Assembly: GCA_048938895.1 (NCBI GenBank)
Contig: JBHLLU010000007.1
Location: 32,001-96,000 of the forward strand
DNA length: 64,000 nucleotides
Source of the DNA: Promethearchaeota archaeon
GTDB lineage: Archaea > Asgardarchaeota > Lokiarchaeia > Sigyniarchaeales > SOKP01
Direction: 5' to 3'
The notes under the pieces are model-generated. The model was given only the letters and a program-made list of their open reading frames with translations, had not been told where the DNA came from and did not search any database. Shown piece by piece: positions 47,331-57,585 of this stretch (its first letter is position 1; each line of letters opens with the position of its first letter). Both the position numbers and the translations under genes were made by a program.

Positions 47331-47969
47331 TTACACCATTGACCACTTTGTAGCTAAATTTACTGCTTCCACAGCACTCTCTCCATAGGCATCCGCACCC
47401 ACATATTCAACAATTCTTTCATCGACAGTTCCACCTCCAATCATAATTTTTATCGTATCACGTAATCCCGCTTCTTCTACTTTTTGAATGATTTCTTTCA
47501 TCGAGTCAAATGCAAGAGTTAGGAATCCACTAAGTGCTAAAACTTTAGGTTTAAACTGTTTTAAGTTTTCGATAAACATGCTCGCAGGAACATCTATGCC
47601 TAAATCTAATACATCAAACCCATTTGCTTCTAGCATGAATTTCACTACATCTTTACCAATATCATGAATATCCCCCGCAACAGTTCCTAAAAGTACTTTT
47701 CCTTTCTTTTCTTCAGAACTTTGAACTTCTTTTAATTTAGGACCTAACTCCTCAAAGATTTGTCGCAAAATTTCTCCCGACATGATCAAATCCGGTAAGA
47801 AGTATTCTTTATTTTGGAATCTATCTCCAATAAGTTTCATAGCAGTCTTTACATCATTCATAATTAATAATAGATCATCTTTATTGGCAAGTCTTTCTTT
47901 TAATAACTCTAAAACTTTACTTTCATTCAAATCCACTATTTCATCAATAAAATTAGACACACGAATCAC
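47331..47969 (-). CDS. Corrinoid (B12-binding) methyl-acceptor protein
   Basis: EYFLPDLIMSGE cap domain; GTVAGDIHDIGK; DLGIDV; IMIGG; GADAY. Confidence 0.93.
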   Translation of the reverse strand: MIRVSNFIDEIVDLNESKVLELLKERLANKDDLLLIMNDVKTAMKLIGDRFQNKEYFLPDLIMSGEILRQIFEELGPKLKEVQSSEEKKGKVLLGTVAGDIHDIGKDVVKFMLEANGFDVLDLGIDVPASMFIENLKQFKPKVLALSGFLTLAFDSMKEIIQKVEEAGLRDTIKIMIGGGTVDERIVEYVGADAYGESAVEAVNLATKWSMV

Positions 47970-48115
47970 TTTAATTTAGTAAATCAATTTAGGATTAGAA
48001 ATTATTTAAATTTGGTTTTGCAATTAGACATATTTTTTCTAGTTTAAAACTAAACCGAAATTTTATTCTTTAGCTTATTTATCAGTAGGAAAATAATTTA
48101 TCCTTTTTGGAATTT

Positions 48116-50131
48116 TTATGCCAGAATTTTATTCTTTTTCTTTATTTCTTGAATTTTATCACGTAAATACGCAGCATCTTCAAATCGAAGTTCTTTAGCC
48201 GCCAGAAACATTTTAGTTTCCAGGTATTGAAGAACTATATCAATATCCCCTTCTCTCTCTAGTTGTTCTATTTTTGATTTAATGCTTTGTTTTAGTCGTT
48301 TAACTTCTTTTTCCTTATATTCTTTCTCATCTGATAAAGATTTTAAGATATTCTTATGGATTGTTTGGGGAGTAATATTATTTTTCTCGTTATATGCGAT
48401 TTGTTTTTTCCTTCTTCTATTAGTCTCATTGATTGCTTCTCTCATTGCTGTTGAAACTCTATCAGCATATAATACTGCTCTTCCTTCTACATTCCTTGAG
48501 GCTCTTCCAATTGTTTGAATCAAAGAACGAGTATCTCTTAAAAATCCTAACTTATCAGCATCTAATATCGCCACTAATTTGACTTCAGGAAGATCAAGTC
48601 CTTCTCTTAAAAGATTAATCCCTACCACGACATCGTGAGTTCCGTCTCTTAATTGTCTTAAGATTTCAAATCTTTCTACTGTATCGACTTCTGAATGGAG
48701 ATACGCTATTTTTACCCCTAGTTCTGTATAATATTCTGCAATATCTTCTGCCATACGCTTAGTTAATGTCGTTATTAGAATTCTACCACCACTAGCTACA
48801 ACTTTTCGTATTTCATTTAATAAGTCGTCAATTTGATTTTTTGCGGGCCGTATTTCAATTTCAGGATCAACTAATCCTGTTGGCCTGATAATCTGTTCAG
48901 CAGAAATTCCTCCGCTTTTTTTCAATTCATAATCTCCTGGAGTTGCACTCATGAAAATAATATATTTAATCTTGTTCTCCCATTCCTCAAAGGTAAGTGG
49001 TCGATTATCAAAAGCACTGGGTAAACGCCAACCGTATTCAACAAGGTTTTCTTTGCGCGATCGATCTCCTCCTATCATCCCATGAATTTGAGGTATGGTA
49101 ACATGGCTTTCATCTGCTACAATTAAAAAATCATCAGGAAAGTAATCAATCAACGTCATTGGAGGAGTTCCAGGCGCTCTTAAAGAAAGAGGTCTAGAAT
49201 AATTCTCGATCCCTTTACACCATCCCATTTCTCTCATCATTTCTAGATCGAATTTTACTCTCCTTTCAATTCTTTGAGCTTCAGCATACCTTTTTTGACT
49301 TTTAAAATACTCAATTCTTTCATTCAATTCTTCTTCAATTAATTCTAAGGCTTTTATTTTGTTTTCTTCTGGAATCATGAAATGGGTTGCAGGAAAAACT
49401 CGAAAATTTGATAACTCTCTTAGTGTACTATTAGAAATTGGATGTATCTCTTGAATTGATTCTATCTCATCTCCGAACATTGATATTCGAATAGCAACTT
49501 CAGTGTAAGCTGGAAATATATCTATAATATCACCTCTTACTCTCACAGAACCAGGCTTGAAATCAGTACTCTTTCGTTCATAATTAATTTTAATTAATTT
49601 TGAGAGGATTTCAGATCTCTTAAGTTTTTGACCTACTTCTAAATATAGGGTCACAGATTCCCAATATTCAGGATCCCCAACACCATATATACATGATACA
49701 GTAGCAACGATTACAACATCTCTCCTGGTCCTTATAGCATGAGCAGATGCTAACCTTAATCTTTCTATTTCTTCGTTTACAGAGAAATCTTTTTCAATAT
49801 ATAATCCTGAAACTGGCATGTAAGCCTCTGGTTGATAGTAATCGTAGTAGGAGACAAAATAATGAACCGCGTTATGAGGAAATAGTTCCTTAAGCTCATT
49901 ATATAATTGAGCAGAAAGGGTTTTATTAGGTGCCATTACAAGTGTTGGTTTTTGGATTTCTTGGATTATATTGGCGATTGTGAATGTTTTACCCGTTCCT
50001 GTAGCACCCAATAATGTTTGAAATCGATTTCCCTCCTGAATATTTCTTGCTAGGGTTGAAATAGCTAAAGGTTGGTCTCCAGCAGGTTTGAAATCTGTTT
50101 GAATTCGGAACTCAGTTGTCATATAAATCAA
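48116..50131 (-). CDS. uvrB: Excinuclease ABC subunit B
   Basis: PAGDQP, GATGTGKT, YFVSYYDYYQPEAY, DESH, GINLLREGLDLPE, C-terminal UVR. Confidence 0.97.
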   Translation of the reverse strand: MIYMTTEFRIQTDFKPAGDQPLAISTLARNIQEGNRFQTLLGATGTGKTFTIANIIQEIQKPTLVMAPNKTLSAQLYNELKELFPHNAVHYFVSYYDYYQPEAYMPVSGLYIEKDFSVNEEIERLRLASAHAIRTRRDVVIVATVSCIYGVGDPEYWESVTLYLEVGQKLKRSEILSKLIKINYERKSTDFKPGSVRVRGDIIDIFPAYTEVAIRISMFGDEIESIQEIHPISNSTLRELSNFRVFPATHFMIPEENKIKALELIEEELNERIEYFKSQKRYAEAQRIERRVKFDLEMMREMGWCKGIENYSRPLSLRAPGTPPMTLIDYFPDDFLIVADESHVTIPQIHGMIGGDRSRKENLVEYGWRLPSAFDNRPLTFEEWENKIKYIIFMSATPGDYELKKSGGISAEQIIRPTGLVDPEIEIRPAKNQIDDLLNEIRKVVASGGRILITTLTKRMAEDIAEYYTELGVKIAYLHSEVDTVERFEILRQLRDGTHDVVVGINLLREGLDLPEVKLVAILDADKLGFLRDTRSLIQTIGRASRNVEGRAVLYADRVSTAMREAINETNRRRKKQIAYNEKNNITPQTIHKNILKSLSDEKEYKEKEVKRLKQSIKSKIEQLEREGDIDIVLQYLETKMFLAAKELRFEDAAYLRDKIQEIKKKNKILA

Positions 50132-50268
50132 TTTATAGAGTATGAATAATGTAATATAAAGATTTAAATGAATATATAAGAGATATGTCTATAGATATTC
50201 TAATTAATAATCGGTTATGATTTTTTCTAAAAAAAGTTATAAAAAATTGGATGATTTAGCGACAAGTA

Positions 50269-53200
50269 TTAGGGAACAACAGTTTCCTCATGATAAATCT
50301 CAGCACCCTCTTCGGTCCGTATAAGGATTACTACTACATCATCTATATCAATAGAAAGTCCGGTAATTGTTTCAAGGTCACTGACTTGGATAGTTATTTT
50401 CATAGAATCTCCAATCCCAACATTAAAAGCAGCCAAATTACTGCCCGTTAATCGTACCCATGAATTATTGAAGTATGCAAAGAGATTATTTAGAGCTACG
50501 TAAGTATCGTTTACATAAACAGAATCAAGTGTGACATTAGCCATCCCATTATTAGTAAAGACCAAAGTCATATTTCTGGAGTTATCGACAATTGTATTGA
50601 CATCGTCGAGAGTTAGATTGTAATACGCAGAATCTACATAAGCATGTAAAATTTTCCCTGCTTTAGCGGTTGAAGTGGTAGTGACATTGATAACTACTTC
50701 ATCCGATTTGTTTATCATCAAATTGGGAATATCAAATGATACTATTGCGCATTCTTGAATATTTAAGGAAGGCTTTCCATATATATACTTCACATTATCG
50801 ACGAGTGTGGAATTTACATAAATTTCGTCAATTGTGACCTCCTTATCTCCTGTATTTTTAATCATTAGTTTTCCTGTTTCATTTGCATAGATAAAGGAAG
50901 TTATAATACTATCAACGCTGTCGATTATTTGTATATCTGAATCATCTCTAATTGTATGGATATACCCGATATCTGAAGTTACTGTTGTACCGAAACTTCC
51001 CGTTACGCAAACTAAAATCTCGTCATTAACTTCAAAATTTCCGTAATCTGTTGCATCTATAATAATAACATCCTCATCATTCTTATCCATAAGGAGACTA
51101 CCACTTTTAGTATAAAAATCTTCATAATCAACTTCGATCAAAGATTCTGTTAGATATATTGAATCTATCCCGAATATTATGTTCCCAGTATTTTTAACCT
51201 TGATTTTTAAAATGGTACTCTCATTATCGTAGGTAAATCCATGACTCAGGTTAAAATCTAGAGGAATGTGATATCTTTCATAACTATTGAGTGCCACCAA
51301 CGCTTCAGGGGATACAATTCTTTCCCTACTTAAAATTGAGAGGGAATAGTTTTCCTTTGTAGATGTAAACAAGACTTCGTCTCTTACATCATTTGGAGTA
51401 GCTACCCCAATTTTATCATAAGTTCGTATTGGATAAAAATTAGTTGCAACATTGGTAATTTGTACTGCGACTTTTTCTCCAGGTCGTAGAATAGAAGAAC
51501 CACTTAGGAATTTAACCTTAGTAGGATCTATTTTGTTTTCTATAATATCCTCGTCAAGATAAAATCTTTCTAATACTTCAACAGTATCTCCGATATTTTC
51601 AACCTCAAGATAAATATCCGAATGAGCAGAATCTTTTTGGATTACTTTACTATTCTCTTTATTGATTTTAATAGCTCCTTCTTTAGGTTCTTTTACAAAG
51701 AAATTTTTTGTGCTATTAGAAAATTCATAAGCTCTCCCTGCTAACCCCACTGACTCCGCTGTTACATTAATATTAACGACATCATCTTTCTGAAAATTTG
51801 TACCTTTTGATTTAATATCTACCCATACCATTTCTGATTCCCCACCTTTCAAAATCGCAGTATCCTGGCTTTCACCCATAACAAAATCATATTCCGTTCC
51901 ATTGATATTTATACTTTTAATAAATAAATCTTTTGTACCTGTGTTTCTCAAATTAAACGTAGCATATCCATTTTCAAAAACCTCGGCATCATTTATGGTG
52001 AATTTAGAATCTAAGATTGTGTAATCAATTTTATAAAGTTTTACTAAGCCTAATGCTGAAATATATGTGGGTATAAATATTTGGAAATTATATATTCCAT
52101 TATCGGGAATATGATCCTTCCAAACACCCCCATCCTGAGTAGGGTTGTTAGGATTGTTGATTAAATTAGCATACGTCTTTCTTATGTCTTGATCTTCAAG
52201 ATCATCCGGATTTGTAGGAACACCATAAAACATTAACCTTACTAGTTGACTCTGGAACCATTTTGCTCCCATCCTTCCATTATTTGGGTTTTGATATGCA
52301 CTTTCATTAAATACAGAATTAGATGCCCAATTATCTTCCTCCATACCTTGTCTCTTATACCTTTCGTAATTATCATTACAAATTCTTATCATCCAAGGCC
52401 ACTTTCCTTCATCTCCACCTAATCCGGTAATCATTAATCCAAAATAGACTAATACATAATCTGCCTTTAATCTACGAAATGCTTTTGCACTATACAGTTC
52501 ACTTGTCTGCATTAATGCCATTCCAGTTAAACCGATTCTAGTGGAATTCATGGTGGCATTATCATTTACAGTCGTTACATTCCCGATCGGGGTAAGCCAA
52601 TATCCATAATCCCACCAGGATACGACAACATCGGTACCTTTCAGGTTAGATCTCATCCAAGTTAACGATTCTTCCCAATCATGAACAACTCCTGCGGGAG
52701 CAATTTGAGTAAAAGAAAACTGGTCAATAGCAATATCTGTTGCATGAACAATCTGGGCGACTCCTAAAAATCCAACAACCATAAAAATGGCTACCGTTTC
52801 AGGAACGCCTACCGATCCTTTTACCTGCCTTCTCCGTTTTCTACTTACCCCTTCTCTCTGTTCACCTATAAAGCTACCAAAGATCTTAAGAACACTTACT
52901 AATCCATATGCTCCCATTAATGATACTGCAGGAGCAAATATTAAGATGATGCGTATCATACTCCCTGTAAAATAAAACATCAGGATTACAAATGCAATTA
53001 AAAATATTTCTGATGCATTTAAAATTTTAAAACAAAAGTATATTCCTAGGGGGGTTAATACTAACGGAATTAACGTATTATAGTAAAATACACTCCAAGG
53101 ACTTGGCATTTGTTCTGCGACTGATGCTACTAAACTTATTTCATCTCTAAATAAAGGATTCAGAATTGTTTGGAATCGTGATCCAAAACCAAAAGGAATA

Positions 53201-54192
53201 AGATCAGGTGCAACCCATAAAATAATCGCCCCAATTAATATTCCGGGTATAAAACCCCATTTTACAAAATTTATAATACTGTTATATAATGCAGGGTGTT
53301 CTGTTTTTTTGGATTGAATTATGTGAAAAATTACTAAGATTATTGTGAATAAAAAGATTCCACCTGTCTCTAATTCAGAAAATAATGCAGAATAATCAAA
53401 CTTAGCATATAAAGAAAAAATAAGTAAACCAATACCCTCAACTCCAGCATAAGTAATAAGGATATTTTCATTGTATTTATCAGAAAGAATCAAAATAATA
53501 CTAAGAAGTGGAATTATTAAATAGACAAACTGATATCCCCCCCAACTTAAAGATAAATATCCTAATGACATACCACCTAGCGCAGAAAACACAAATTTTC
53601 CAGTTCTCATACCTTTTAAAAGAAAGAGAAATGTTAGGAGAGAGGCAAATACTCCTATTGTTTCATTATCAAAAAACCCCGCCATTGTGCGTTGCATATA
53701 TCCTGGATTAAAAGCTAGAAAAAACGCAGCAATTAATCCAGTTCCTCGATCAAGTATTTCTTTTCCTAAAAAATAAATGACTAACACAGTTAATCCACCC
53801 ATTATTGCTGGGAAGAAATAACATACATCATACAATGATATTGGGATCCCTAAAAATGTAAGTGTTTTGTGTGTTACAACAACAGTAAAGGTTAAACCGG
53901 GGCGTAAACTTCCACGGTAGAACCCCGTGGGATACCAGCTTTTATAATCACGCCAACTAAAATACTCATAGAGAGTATGCTTATTTAGATATTCTGAGTT
54001 ATACCATTGCATCCAAGGATCAAATGCTTTAATTAATCGTGGACCTCTAAACATAGGGCTAATACGTAATAATATAGCTAAAAACACCACCAAAAAAACT
54101 GCGAAGAAAAACAATATATTCTGGGTTTTAACACTCACTGATGTTCTAATACGATCACGAAAGTTTCTCAATGAAGCAATGATATTTACCAT
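50269..54192 (-). CDS. aglB: Oligosaccharyltransferase AglB (STT3) with long C-terminal repeat extension
   Basis: AFDPW, GFFDNE, SVAEQ, SWWDYGY, DN, GDEGK; ~580 extra aa with NxG...DxIYV repeats. Confidence 0.93.
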   Translation of the reverse strand: MVNIIASLRNFRDRIRTSVSVKTQNILFFFAVFLVVFLAILLRISPMFRGPRLIKAFDPWMQWYNSEYLNKHTLYEYFSWRDYKSWYPTGFYRGSLRPGLTFTVVVTHKTLTFLGIPISLYDVCYFFPAIMGGLTVLVIYFLGKEILDRGTGLIAAFFLAFNPGYMQRTMAGFFDNETIGVFASLLTFLFLLKGMRTGKFVFSALGGMSLGYLSLSWGGYQFVYLIIPLLSIILILSDKYNENILITYAGVEGIGLLIFSLYAKFDYSALFSELETGGIFLFTIILVIFHIIQSKKTEHPALYNSIINFVKWGFIPGILIGAIILWVAPDLIPFGFGSRFQTILNPLFRDEISLVASVAEQMPSPWSVFYYNTLIPLVLTPLGIYFCFKILNASEIFLIAFVILMFYFTGSMIRIILIFAPAVSLMGAYGLVSVLKIFGSFIGEQREGVSRKRRRQVKGSVGVPETVAIFMVVGFLGVAQIVHATDIAIDQFSFTQIAPAGVVHDWEESLTWMRSNLKGTDVVVSWWDYGYWLTPIGNVTTVNDNATMNSTRIGLTGMALMQTSELYSAKAFRRLKADYVLVYFGLMITGLGGDEGKWPWMIRICNDNYERYKRQGMEEDNWASNSVFNESAYQNPNNGRMGAKWFQSQLVRLMFYGVPTNPDDLEDQDIRKTYANLINNPNNPTQDGGVWKDHIPDNGIYNFQIFIPTYISALGLVKLYKIDYTILDSKFTINDAEVFENGYATFNLRNTGTKDLFIKSININGTEYDFVMGESQDTAILKGGESEMVWVDIKSKGTNFQKDDVVNINVTAESVGLAGRAYEFSNSTKNFFVKEPKEGAIKINKENSKVIQKDSAHSDIYLEVENIGDTVEVLERFYLDEDIIENKIDPTKVKFLSGSSILRPGEKVAVQITNVATNFYPIRTYDKIGVATPNDVRDEVLFTSTKENYSLSILSRERIVSPEALVALNSYERYHIPLDFNLSHGFTYDNESTILKIKVKNTGNIIFGIDSIYLTESLIEVDYEDFYTKSGSLLMDKNDEDVIIIDATDYGNFEVNDEILVCVTGSFGTTVTSDIGYIHTIRDDSDIQIIDSVDSIITSFIYANETGKLMIKNTGDKEVTIDEIYVNSTLVDNVKYIYGKPSLNIQECAIVSFDIPNLMINKSDEVVINVTTTSTAKAGKILHAYVDSAYYNLTLDDVNTIVDNSRNMTLVFTNNGMANVTLDSVYVNDTYVALNNLFAYFNNSWVRLTGSNLAAFNVGIGDSMKITIQVSDLETITGLSIDIDDVVVILIRTEEGAEIYHEETVVP

Positions 54193-54384
54193 GATGGTTC
54201 ATTTACTTTTTTAATAAAATAGTAATTTATTACCCATAATTTAATTTTGAATATAAAAAATATGCTTTAGATTAAAATGTTTTTCTTTAATCAAACACAT
54301 CGTAAAATTCAAGTTTCGTGGATAAAAGAAAAAAATTTATGATTTTTTGCATCTTTAGTTGATTTATTATTAGTTGAAGTTAAG

Positions 54385-55233
54385 ATGATGGAAAAAAGAA
54401 GGTATCTTTTTAAATTATATTATATTGGCAAATCGAAATATCATGGATCTCAAAGGCAGCCCAATTTTTTAACAATTGAAGATTGTCTCATAGACGCATT
54501 GTTGAAAAAAAAGTATATAGAAAACATTAAAGAATCTGGATTTGAATTTGCTAGTAGAACAGATAGATATGTATCTGCTCGTGGTGCATGTTTTACTTGT
54601 ATTATGGAAAAAGAACCGATTTTGATGGAAATAAATTCAGCATTACCTAAAGAAATAGGTATTTGGGCTTATGGGAAAGTTCCAATGCATTTTCTCTCTC
54701 GATATAATGCAGTATTACGGCATTACTTGTACCTAGTTTTGAAACCATATTCATACCTACAAAATTATAGTTCTATTGATGTTGAAATAATGAAAAAAGC
54801 TTGTAAAATTTTAGAAGGGAAACATGATTTCATCAACTTTTCGAAAAGAGAAAAACTTGAAGTAAAATCTATAAGAGATATGGAATCCGCAACGTTAACG
54901 GTCGTAAATGATTATTTATTATTTCAATTTAAAAGCCAAGCATTTCTTAGACAGCAAGTCCGACGTATGGTTAGAAAAATATTGGAATTAGGCTTAGGAG
55001 AAATTTCATTTACAGATTTCAATCAACTGTTTGATCCCACTCGTGAATGGTCCTATCAACCTGTCAATGCTAAGGGATTAATTTTATGGAATATTGATTA
55101 CAGCGAAGAGATAAGATTTATCGAAGATAAAAAATCTAAGGAGAGGATGGAAGCATTTTTTTTAAAAGAGAAACTATCTATTGAGCATAAGGCTCAACTA
55201 TTCCGCCTCTTGCAACATAACGATTTTTGCTAA
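54385..55233 (+). CDS. truA: tRNA pseudouridine(38-40) synthase
   Basis: YHGSQRQP, ASRTDRYVSA, GKHDFINF, AFLRQQVRRMV. Confidence 0.92.
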   Translation: MMEKRRYLFKLYYIGKSKYHGSQRQPNFLTIEDCLIDALLKKKYIENIKESGFEFASRTDRYVSARGACFTCIMEKEPILMEINSALPKEIGIWAYGKVPMHFLSRYNAVLRHYLYLVLKPYSYLQNYSSIDVEIMKKACKILEGKHDFINFSKREKLEVKSIRDMESATLTVVNDYLLFQFKSQAFLRQQVRRMVRKILELGLGEISFTDFNQLFDPTREWSYQPVNAKGLILWNIDYSEEIRFIEDKKSKERMEAFFLKEKLSIEHKAQLFRLLQHNDFC

Positions 55234-56169
55234 AAGTGCTTGTAGCTGAATCTCTTCTGTTCCTCCCTGACTTAATCGATATTCAAATTCGGCTAAAAGC
55301 TTGGCTAACTCTAATTTTACATTTTCCAAGATGTTTAGATCATAGATCTCTCTATGAATATTCTTAATAATATTTTGTCCAGAAAGCCCATAATCATTGA
55401 TTAAATCGTTTAAAAGTTTAATTGATAGTTGGAGCTTAGAATCTAAAGCAGTTATTATAATATCCTTTATTTTTTCTGGAGGTACTTCTCCAGCGACTCT
55501 GAAAACAATATCCTTGTCAATAGTTTTTGAGATAGTACCACAAGATTGTAAATAATTAATAGCTCTCCTACAATCTCCTCGGGATACATCTACCAGGGCA
55601 TTTAATCCTCCAGGTGTTAAGGATATATTTTCTTGTTTTGCAACGAAATTAATCTGTTTTTTGATATCTGTATTATTCAAATATGAAAATCGAAATACAA
55701 CACATCTTGATTGAATAGGAGGAATGATTCTATTAGAATAATTACAAATTAAGATCATTCTACAATTCTTAGTATATTTTTCCATCGTTCTCCTTAAAGC
55801 TTGCTGAGCTGGGGCTGTCATATTATCTGCTTCATCCAATATGAGTATTTTAAAGGGGATATCTGTAGGTGGTCGTGCTTTTGCAAAGTCTTTAATAAAT
55901 GTTCTAATGACATCAATTCCTCTAGCATCACTCGCATTCAATTCTAAATATGTTCTGTTAATTGCCATCTTTCTCCTGTACAGTTCTCTAACCATTGCTA
56001 AGGCTGAAGTTGTTTTACCTGTACCAGCGGGACCTGCAAATATGAGATGGGGCATCGATTTATCTTTTACAAATTGTTTTAAACGTTTAATTATACCTTC
56101 TTGATTCACAATCTCATCTAGAAACCTAGGACGGTATTTTTCAACGAAAGGTCTGTTCTCAAGAGACAT
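55198..56169 (-). CDS. rfcS: Replication factor C small subunit
   Basis: VEKYRP, GPAGTGKT, ELNASDARGIDVIR, LDEAD, IQSRC. Confidence 0.96.
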   Translation of the reverse strand: MSLENRPFVEKYRPRFLDEIVNQEGIIKRLKQFVKDKSMPHLIFAGPAGTGKTTSALAMVRELYRRKMAINRTYLELNASDARGIDVIRTFIKDFAKARPPTDIPFKILILDEADNMTAPAQQALRRTMEKYTKNCRMILICNYSNRIIPPIQSRCVVFRFSYLNNTDIKKQINFVAKQENISLTPGGLNALVDVSRGDCRRAINYLQSCGTISKTIDKDIVFRVAGEVPPEKIKDIIITALDSKLQLSIKLLNDLINDYGLSGQNIIKNIHREIYDLNILENVKLELAKLLAEFEYRLSQGGTEEIQLQALLAKIVMLQEAE

Positions 56170-56270
56170 ATTTTTTAATAGAGAAGTTTAAATTTTAAAG
56201 GAATATATTAAGAATTAAATTTTCTTAATTCCTTATTAATATTCATATCTAGAAAAAAAATTGAATATTT

Positions 56271-57575
56271 ATGACTGATTTCAAAATCACAAATATAAAA
56301 TCAAGATGGATTTTAGATTCTCGAGGAAATCCTACTGTAGAATCAGATGTATATGCGGGAAAATACTTTGGAAGAGCAGCAGTTCCTTCTGGCGCATCAA
56401 CCGGTGTGCTAGAAGCACTTGAACTAAGAGATGGAGGGAAAGCATTTAAAGGTAAACATGTTACAAAAGCAGTGTCTAATGTAAACAATATATTAGGGAA
56501 AAAGCTGATTGGATTTGATGTGCGCGAGCAAACGAAAATTGATGATGAGATGATAAAAATTGATGGAACAGAAAACAAGAGTAGATTAGGTGCTAATGCA
56601 ATCTTGTCGGTGTCTCTAGCAGTAGCTAAGTTAGCAGCAAATTTATCTGAAATACCTTTATATGAATATATTCATAAATTAGCATACCATAAGACAAGAC
56701 AAGATTTTCTCTTACCAATACCTTCTGCTAATATCATCAATGGGGGAGAGCATGCAGGGAATAATTTAGCAATTCAAGAATTTATGGTTTTACCGATTGG
56801 AGCCAAATCATTCTCAAAAGCGATACAAAATGTAGCAGAAGTATATCAGACCTTAAAATCTCTACTTGCTACCAAATATGGTCCTTCAGCGATTAATGTT
56901 GGTGATGAGGGGGGATTTGCACCAAATTTATCACAAACATCCGAAGCCGTTGATATAATAATTGAAGCCATTGAACAAGCAGGATTTATGCTTGGTACAG
57001 ATTTTGTTTTGGGTATGGATGCTGCTGCGAGTGAGTTTTATGAAGATGGTGTATATAACATTGATGGCAAAAAGTTGAACGAAGAAGAATTGATACAATT
57101 TTATCTCGATCTCATTCAAGATTATCCATTTAAATCGATTGAAGACCCTTTTGATGAAAAGGATTTCAGAAGTTTTGCTAATTTAACAGCTAAAATTGAT
57201 AAAACAATGCAAATTGTGGATGATGATTTAACAGTAACTAATATTAAAATTCTAGAAAAAGCTATAAATGAAAGAGCAGGAAATGCTTTACTACTGAAGG
57301 TTAACCAAATTGGTTCTCTTACAGAAGCCATAAATGCTTGTAAAATGGCTTTCAAAAACGGATTTAATGTTATGGTTTCTCACCGTTCGGGGGAAACAGA
57401 AGACCCATTTATTGCAGATTTAGCAGTAGGTCTTTGTACAGGTCAGCTAAAATCTGGTGCTACCTGCAGATCTGATAGATGCTCAAAATTTAATCAACTT
57501 CTTAGAATAGAGGAAATATTAGGAAATAACGCCGTTTATCCAACGCATTTAGATTCATGGAAACAATTTCAATAA
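56271..57575 (+). CDS. eno: Enolase
   Basis: ILDSRGNPTVE, VPSGASTG, GDEGGFAP, LLKVNQIG, SHRSGETED. Confidence 0.97.
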   Translation: MTDFKITNIKSRWILDSRGNPTVESDVYAGKYFGRAAVPSGASTGVLEALELRDGGKAFKGKHVTKAVSNVNNILGKKLIGFDVREQTKIDDEMIKIDGTENKSRLGANAILSVSLAVAKLAANLSEIPLYEYIHKLAYHKTRQDFLLPIPSANIINGGEHAGNNLAIQEFMVLPIGAKSFSKAIQNVAEVYQTLKSLLATKYGPSAINVGDEGGFAPNLSQTSEAVDIIIEAIEQAGFMLGTDFVLGMDAAASEFYEDGVYNIDGKKLNEEELIQFYLDLIQDYPFKSIEDPFDEKDFRSFANLTAKIDKTMQIVDDDLTVTNIKILEKAINERAGNALLLKVNQIGSLTEAINACKMAFKNGFNVMVSHRSGETEDPFIADLAVGLCTGQLKSGATCRSDRCSKFNQLLRIEEILGNNAVYPTHLDSWKQFQ

Positions 57576-57585
57576 ATATTTAGCT

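Noticed and set aside
47971-47991. Possible fifth operator copy upstream of the corrinoid gene (TTAATTTAG-TAA-ATCAATTTA)
   Set aside because: Four mismatches including the informative C and G; expected by chance in AT-rich DNA.
56271-57575. Enolase variants IVDDDL and KSGATCRSDR
   Set aside because: Catalytic and metal-binding residues appear intact; ordinary lineage variation.
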